Assembly (NCBI GenBank): GCA_951406725.2
Contig: OX597830.1
Location: 46,996,001-47,060,000, forward strand
DNA from: Octopus vulgaris
Lineage: Eukaryota
Length of the DNA stretch: 64,000 nt
Reading direction: 5' to 3'
Positions 53,712 through 64,000 of the stretch are shown here, piece after piece. How positions within the stretch are numbered: the first letter of the stretch is position 1; each line of letters begins with the position of its first letter. The notes beneath the pieces were generated by a model. The model saw only the letters and a list, made by a program, of their open reading frames with translations, searched no databases and was not told the DNA's origin. The translations under genes were made by a program, and so were the position numbers.

Positions 53712-56700
53712 CACACACAAAAAAATCCAAGCCCCCTGCAACAGTCAAAACCAGCCACTACACTAACCTCCACATTCCTACTCAATGCACAAGGTGTCAG
53801 CCCTTCCATCAATGCACAAAAATGGAAGGTCCAATTCATTGAAGACTGGGTTGGTAACCATTCACACCACATCCCTTTCTTCATTCTCACTGAGACCCAC
53901 CTTGACAACTCCCACTTGGAAGCCGAAGTGAGAGTGAAGAATTTCACAACCATCCGCGCGGATCGTATCGGCAGGAGGAAGGGTGGAACTGCCATTTTCC
54001 TGCATGATTCATTTACGGCAGATGGAAATAGTATATTCTCCAACGGCTACTGTGAATCAGTCACCGTGCACAACAAAGCCAATGATCTGACAGTAATTGG
54101 GCTCTATAGGCCGCCCCAAACACCCATACTGTGCTTTAAAGAATGCCTCAACAGCATTAAGTGCTTTATTCAACAGTGCCATTCTAGCAACATACTCATG
54201 ATGGGAGACTTCAATCTACCCTGTGTTGACTGGACTACAAACTGTTTGAAACCAAGCACTCCCGCCTCAACCGCTGACAAAGAAGCAGCAGAGTCACTTT
54301 TCGACTTTACGAATGAGTTTTTCTTGTCCCAACTTGTCCTTGCACCAACAAGACATCAGAACATTTTGGACCTAGTGTTTAGTAACCACACTAACACTAT
54401 ACATAACGTTACAGTGGAAAAAACCCTTCTTTCAGACCATGACATGGTTCTCTGTAACATGAAATTCCACCAGCCGAAAGCTAATCCTAGTGACCTTCCT
54501 CCAGCCCACCCATTTGACAACATGGATCTCCATAAAGCCAACTGGGATGCAATCAGGAACGAGCTATCAAATGTTGACTGGTCCTTTACACATACACACA
54601 TCTCCACCAACCATAAAACATCTTGGCAGATCTTTGTAGACACCGTCACAGACATATGTGCAAAACACTCCCCACCAAGACCTGTGAACAAAAAGTGCAG
54701 AATCCCCCAAAACAGAAAAACCATTATCAGAAAAATAAAAAGAACAAACAAAAAAATTAACAAACTAAAGTACTGCCAACAGCAACACACACATTCGACG
54801 GCTATCGCACTGCTTGAATCCAAAAAATATAACCTCCAACAATGCATGAAGTCCCTCATCAATAACCAAAGATCAGCTGAGGAGAAGTGGGCCATTGAAA
54901 AAATCAAACTCAACCCCAAAGTGTTCTTTTCATTTGCGAGGAAACGCAGGGTCACTGTCTCCACTGTAGGCCCTCTAATTGACGAAACTGGCACTCTCCA
55001 AGATAATGCCAAATCCATGGCCGAGATACTGCAGAAACAATACTGCTCTGTTTTCAGCAATCCTGATATGGCCGATCTGGGCTGTATCAGTGATGTCAAC
55101 CCCCAACACACTATATCGGACATAACGTTTAGTGCCCCTGATGTCTTAGCGGCGATAAACGAAATAAAACACAATTCAGCAGTAGGCCCCGATAGGTTCC
55201 CTGCTTGTGTCCTGAAGGTGTGTCGACACCAACTTGCATCTCCCCTTGCTAATCTGTGGAGAAACTCACTGGATGCTGGCTATATTCCAAAAACCTTCTG
55301 TCCCAGTCTGTTGTCCCAGTTTTCAAAAAGGGAAACAAGTCCCTTGCAGTGAATTACCGTCCGATCTCACTCACCTCTCATATCATCAAGGTATTTGAGA
55401 GGGTGGTGAGATCTCAAATAACCCAATTTCTGGAAAGCAACAGACGGCTGATCTCCAACCAACATGGGTTCCGTAATGGAAGGGACTGCCTAACGCAGCT
55501 CCTGCATCACTTTGAGGACATTTTGAGAGCTTTGGGAGAGGGCTCCAACACCGATGTCATCTACCTTGATTTCAGTAAGGCCTTCGACAGGGTCGATCAC
55601 AAGATCCTATTGAAAAAACTATCCAACATTGGTGTCTCTGGAAAGTTACTGAAATGGATTAAGTGTTTCCTGACAGACAGATCTCAACATGTTGTAGTTG
55701 AAGGGGTAAAATCAAGCCCAGCCAAAGTCAGTAGTGGCGTTCCGCAAGGCACTGTGCTGGGCCCACTTCTTTTCATCATTTACATTAATGACATTAATGA
55801 CATCATCAAGCACAGCAACATAAAAATCTTTGCAGATGACTCCAAGCTACAGAAGGTCATAAATGAGGCGAGTGACCGGACATGCCTTCAGTCAGATCTA
55901 CTGGCTGTTATCCAATGGGCAGAAAAAAACAATATGCTGCTGAACGAGGATAAATTTGAGCTAATCCACTTTGGAAAAGAGGATGCCCTGAAACTCCCAT
56001 ACTCCCTTCCTTCAGGTGAAACTCTCGCAGGCGTCCAACAACATCAGAGACTTGGGAGTAATTGTGGACAACAACGTAAGCTGGGCCACTCATATAAACA
56101 CCAAAGTTGACATGGCCCGCAGAATGTGTTCCTGGATTCTCAGAACTTTCCAGTCGAGAGATATCCACACCATTATCCTTCTCTTCTCCACTTTTGCCCG
56201 ACCCCACCTTGAATACTGTTGTCCACTGTGGTCTCCCCACACAATACAAGGTATCAAAAAGTCGAAGCACCTCAAAGGGCAATCACAAAAAAGATAGATG
56301 GCATGACAGGCCTCGACTATTGGGGTCGACTAGAAAAGCTAAAACTCTATTCTCTCCAACGTCGTCGTGAGCGCTACATCATCTGCATGATGTGGAAAAT
56401 ATTCCATCAGCATTGCCCAAATGATGTTGGCATCACCTTTAAGGTACATCCAAGGCTTGGGCCCCGTGCCATCCGCCCAAAACAAAAATCGCACTCTCAT
56501 CTCATAACAACAATACGGCACAATTATTTCACCTCAATTGGCCCCGCTCTCTTTAACATTACACCAAAACACATTAAAACAGAAACTGACCCTATAGGGT
56601 TCAAGAAGTCTTTGGACAGATTCCTTCAAGAAATCCCGGATAAACCCCCTACACCCGGATATGTCTCTGTAAACAATAACTCTCTACTTGAGTGGGCCAT

Positions 56701-56716
56701 AGTGCCCAAATTCTGA
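53712..56716 (+). pseudogene. LINE ORF2 endonuclease-reverse transcriptase (three frameshifts)
   Basis: LTETHL, GLYRPP, GDFN, LDLVF and SDH (APE); NYRPISLT, YLDFSKAFD, GVPQGTVLGP and FADD (RT); RPHLEY and YSLQRRRERY. Confidence 0.95.
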
Positions 56717-56805
56717 CTTGAAAGACTTCACCAGGTGGTGCTATTAAGTTAGACATGGCCTGGGCCAATAATGGCCGAAACCTATCAAAGTATCAAAGTA
56801 TCAAA

Positions 56806-59097
<2,292 letters not shown>

Positions 59098-59182
59098 CTT
59101 AGAATAACTTAGAAAGGTTTTTGGCCAGTATTGGCCCAGGCCATGTCTAACTTAATAGCACCACCTGGCGAAGTCTTTCAGT

Positions 59183-62150
59183 TCAGGATTTGGGCACCAA
59201 GGCCCATTCGAGCAGAGAGTTATTGTTTGCGGAGACATATCCGGGTGTGGGTGGTTTGTCCGGTACTGTTTGAAGGAATTTGTCCAAAGACTTCTTGAAT
59301 TTTGTGTGGTCAGTTTCTTTTTTGACGTGTCCTGGTGTAATGTTGAAGAGAGCGGGTCCAATTGAGGTGAAATAGTTGTGCCGTATTGTCGTTATGTGAT
59401 GCGATTTAGATTTTTGTTGTGGACGGATGGCACGTGGTCCAAGCCTTGGATGCATTTTGAAGGTGATGCCAACATCATTCGGACAGTGCTGATGGAATAT
59501 TTTCCACATCATACAGATAATGTAGCGTTCACGGCGTCGTTGGAGTGAATACAATTTCAGCTTCTCTAGTCTACCCCAGTAGTCAAGGTCTGACATGCCA
59601 TCTATCTTTTTTGTGATTGACCTTTGGGGAGCTTCAATTCTCATAATATTTTGTTTTGTGTAGGGAGACCACAGTGGACAGCAGTATTCAAGGTGGGGTC
59701 GGGCAAAAGTGGAGAAGAGAAGGATAATAGCGTGGGAATCTCTCGACTGGAAGGTTCTGAGAATCCAGGAACACATTCTGCGGGCCATGTCAACTTTGCT
59801 GCTTATATGTGTAGCCCAGCTTATGTTGTTGTCCACTGTTACTCCCAGGTCTCTGATGTTGTTGGATGCCATGAGAATTTCTCCAGAAGGAAGAGAGTAT
59901 GGGAGTTTCAGAGCGTCCTCCCTTCCAAAGTGGATCAGTTCGAATTTGTCTTCATTTAGCAACATGTTATTCTTTTCCGCCCATTGGACAACAGCCAGTA
60001 GGTCTGACTGAAGGTTTATTCGGTCATCCACGCCATTGATGACCTTCTGGAGCTTGGAATCATCAGCGAAGGTTCTGATGTTACTGTGTTTGATGGTGTC
60101 AGTAATATCATTTATGTAGATGATGAAGAGAAGTGGGCCCAACACAGTGCCTTGTGGGACACCACTGCTGACTTTGGCTGGGCTGGATTTGACTCCTTCG
60201 ACTACAACATGTTGGGTTCTGTTAGACAGGAAGCACTTGATCCACTGCAGCAGCTTTCCAGTGACACCAATATTGGACAGCTTTCTCAGAAGGATCTTAT
60301 GATCAACCCTGTCAAAGGCCTTGCTGAAATCAAGGTAGATGACATCAGTGTTGGAACCTTCTCCCAAGGCTCTCAAAATGTCATCAAAATGATGCAGTAG
60401 CTGCGTCAGGCAATCTCTCCCATTACGGAATCCATGCTGGTTGGGGTTCAGCATATTATGACTCTCAAGGAAGTGAGTCATACGCGATCTCAGCACCCTC
60501 TCAAATACCTTGATGATATGAGAGGTGAGTGAGATTGGACGGTAATTCACGGCAAGCGATTTGTTTCCTTTTTTGAAAACTGGGACAACAGACTGGGATA
60601 GAAGGTCTTCTGGTATATATCCAGCATCCAGTGAGTTCCGCCACAGATTGGCTAGAGGGGGTGCAAGTTGGTTTTGACACATCTTCAAGACACAAGCAGG
60701 GAACCTATCGGGACCTACTGCTGAATTATGCTTCATTTCCTTTATTGCTGCTAAGACATCAGGAGCGCCAAATGTTATGTCCGATAAAGTGTATTGGGGA
60801 GTAACATCACTGATACAGCCCAGATCAGTCATATCAGGATTGCTGAAAACAGAGCAATATTGTTTCTGCAATATTTCTCCCATGGTTTTGGCATTGTCTT
60901 GAAGAATATCCATTTTCATCAATCAGAGGGCCAACAGTAGAACCAGTGACTCTGTGTTTTTTTGCAAATGAAAAGAACACTTTGGGATTGAGTTTGATCT
61001 TCTCAATGGCCCAGGCCTCTTCAGCTCTTCGCTGACTATTGATGATAGACATCATGTTGTTTTGGAGTTTATGTTTTTTAATCTCTAGCGACGAGATGGC
61101 AGTCAGGTTGGTGTGTTGCTGTTGACAGTATTTCAGCATGTTGATCTTTTTGTTGATTCTTTTAATTTTCCTTATGAGAGATTTTCTATTTCTAGGGATT
61201 CGACACTTAGATTTGTTTGCAGATCTTAATGGGGTGTGTCTTGCACATATGTTCGTGATGGTGTCTACAAGTGACTGCCAGGACTTTTGATGTTAGTGGG
61301 TGTGTATGTATGTGTGCGTGAAGGACCAATCGACTTGTGCAAGATCATTATTGATCGCTTCCCAGTTTGCATTGTGGAAATCCATAGTGTCAAATGGATG
61401 AACAGGAGGGATGACATTTGTTTTGCATTTTGGCCAGTGAAATCTCAGATCACAGAGAACCATGTCATGGTCGGAGAGTAGGGTTTTCTCCACTGCAATA
61501 TTGTGGATAGTATCAGTGTGATTGCTGAAAATTAAGTCTAAGACGTTTTTGTGACATCTCGTTGGTTCGAGTACCAGTTGGGACAAGAAGAAGTCATCCA
61601 TGAAGTCAAGAAGCGATTCCACTGCCTCCCTGTCAGGGGTTGAGAGAGAAGAACCTGGCGGCAGACTGTTTGTAGACCAGTCAACCCCGGGAAGGTTGAA
61701 ATCTCCCATCATTAAAATGTTGTCAGGTTGACACTGCTGAATGAAACACTTTATGCTGTTGAGGCATTCCTTGAAGCATGGTAGGGGCGTTTGGGGTGGT
61801 CTGTAGAGCCCAACTACTGTTAAGTTGTTGGTTTGACTGAATACAGCGACTGCTTCGCAGTATCCATTCGAAAATATGTTCATGGCTTCTGTTGAGAATG
61901 AATCATGGACATAAATGGCAGTCCCACCCTTTCTTCTGCCAACACGATCAGCACGAATGGTTTTGAAATTTTTAACTTTCACCTCGGCTTCCAAGTGGAG
62001 GTCACTAAGATGGGTTTCAGTGAGGACGAAGAAAGGGATGTGGTTTGGATGGGCCTCGACCCAGTCCTCCAGGAATCTTATCTTCCATTTTTGTGTGTGT
62101 ATTGGTGGAAGGGCTGATGCCTTGGGCATTAAGCAGAAATGTTGAGGCGA
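59183..62150 (-). pseudogene. LINE ORF2 APE-RT (frameshifted; 579-aa uninterrupted RT-containing segment at 59183-60922)
   Basis: Same APE and RT motifs as copy 1. Confidence 0.95.
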
Positions 62151-62199
62151 GAGTGGATGGTTTTAATTGTTTTGGTGATTTGTTTATTTGATTGCTTTT

Positions 62200-62991
62200 T
62201 AATGGCATGTGTAGTGGGGTAATAGTGGTGGATGGTGGTGGGTGATAGCTCGGATGTTTTTTTCCAGTTCTTTTGCTAGATTCATTATAGCTAAAAAGAG
62301 GAAGAAGAGGTGGTTTCCTGTCTAGGGAACCGCAGGTGACTGTGGCCGCGGCTATTTTTATGTGAGTGGTTATCTTTAAATGTCCGACGAGTCCCCGGGA
62401 GATGGGTAAAGGGGCAATCCCTGTGCAAACACAATCTGTCTCGCTGGGAATAGCGGCAGATTTGGGGATTCCTTGTTTGAGATATTGGTGGTTGTGGTGA
62501 TGTTGTATTATGGTGGTTGCTGTTGTAGTTTGTGGGGATAGAGCGTTTTGTTCCAGGTAAATGGGTGAATTTGCAGTCTCTATCAGTGCACAGTCTATGG
62601 CGAAGAGAATATCGGCAAATGATGGGGTTTCGAGTGGGTGTGTAGGTGCGTGTGTGTGTGTGAGCTGTGAAGGGTGTAGATGATAATTTGTTGAAGTTTT
62701 GGCGACCTTTGTGACCTGTAGGAGGTAAATTCCTTGAGATAGCATTAGTAGTAGTAGCTGTAGTAGTAGTAGTAGTAGGTAGAAGAGATGTTGACAGTGG
62801 TAATGATTGAGGAGGTCGATTCCAAGACAAAGATGTTTGTCGATATATAGTGGGAGTAGTACTAGTAGTAGTAAGCAGAGGAGATGGTGTTGACAATGAT
62901 GATGATTGAGCTGCTGGGGCAGTGAAAGGAAGGGGTGGTGCTTCCTGCTGTGTGACCCTGATGACTGGGGGTCAATCGTTTCATTTAGCAA
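62200..62991 (-). pseudogene. LINE ORF1 C-terminal part with two CCCH fingers
   Basis: [19 protein letters not shown] (62561-62617) and [19 protein letters not shown] (62402-62458). Confidence 0.8.
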
Positions 62992-62997
62992 TGAATG

Positions 62998-64000
<1,003 letters not shown>

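Noticed and set aside
54356-55174. 272-aa antisense ORF (also 55908-56282 and 59624-60400)
   Set aside because: Shadow ORFs opposite LINE ORF2, with no independent motifs.

Overview
AT-rich, microsatellite-dense animal DNA with no recognisable host protein-coding gene. Most ORFs in the track are translations of simple repeats. The SINE families and repeat landscape resemble an Octopus genome (inference, not verified). The window is a layered transposon landscape: a Gypsy LTR plus gag relic, two mariner relics, non-autonomous Helitrons, relics of RTE, Hero, R4/Dong, L1/Tx1 and Penelope elements, and many tRNA-derived SINEs. Two things stand out. (1) Two long CR1-like LINEs (52221-56806 +, 59097-62997 -) lie tail-to-tail, each flanked by long (TA)n. 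ORF1 carries two CCCH zinc fingers in both copies, plus a Myb/SANT-like N-terminus and polyQ in the + copy. A third 3' fragment of the family also sits in a microsatellite. (2) At least seven minimal type-I hammerhead ribozyme motifs sit in short non-coding units. Most of these units abut (TA)n and several carry inverted duplications, including a ~1.55 kb palindrome and a unit with a 13-bp target-site duplication. This fits Penelope-type or retrozyme-like mini-elements. All family assignments come from manual motif recognition; no database searches were run.
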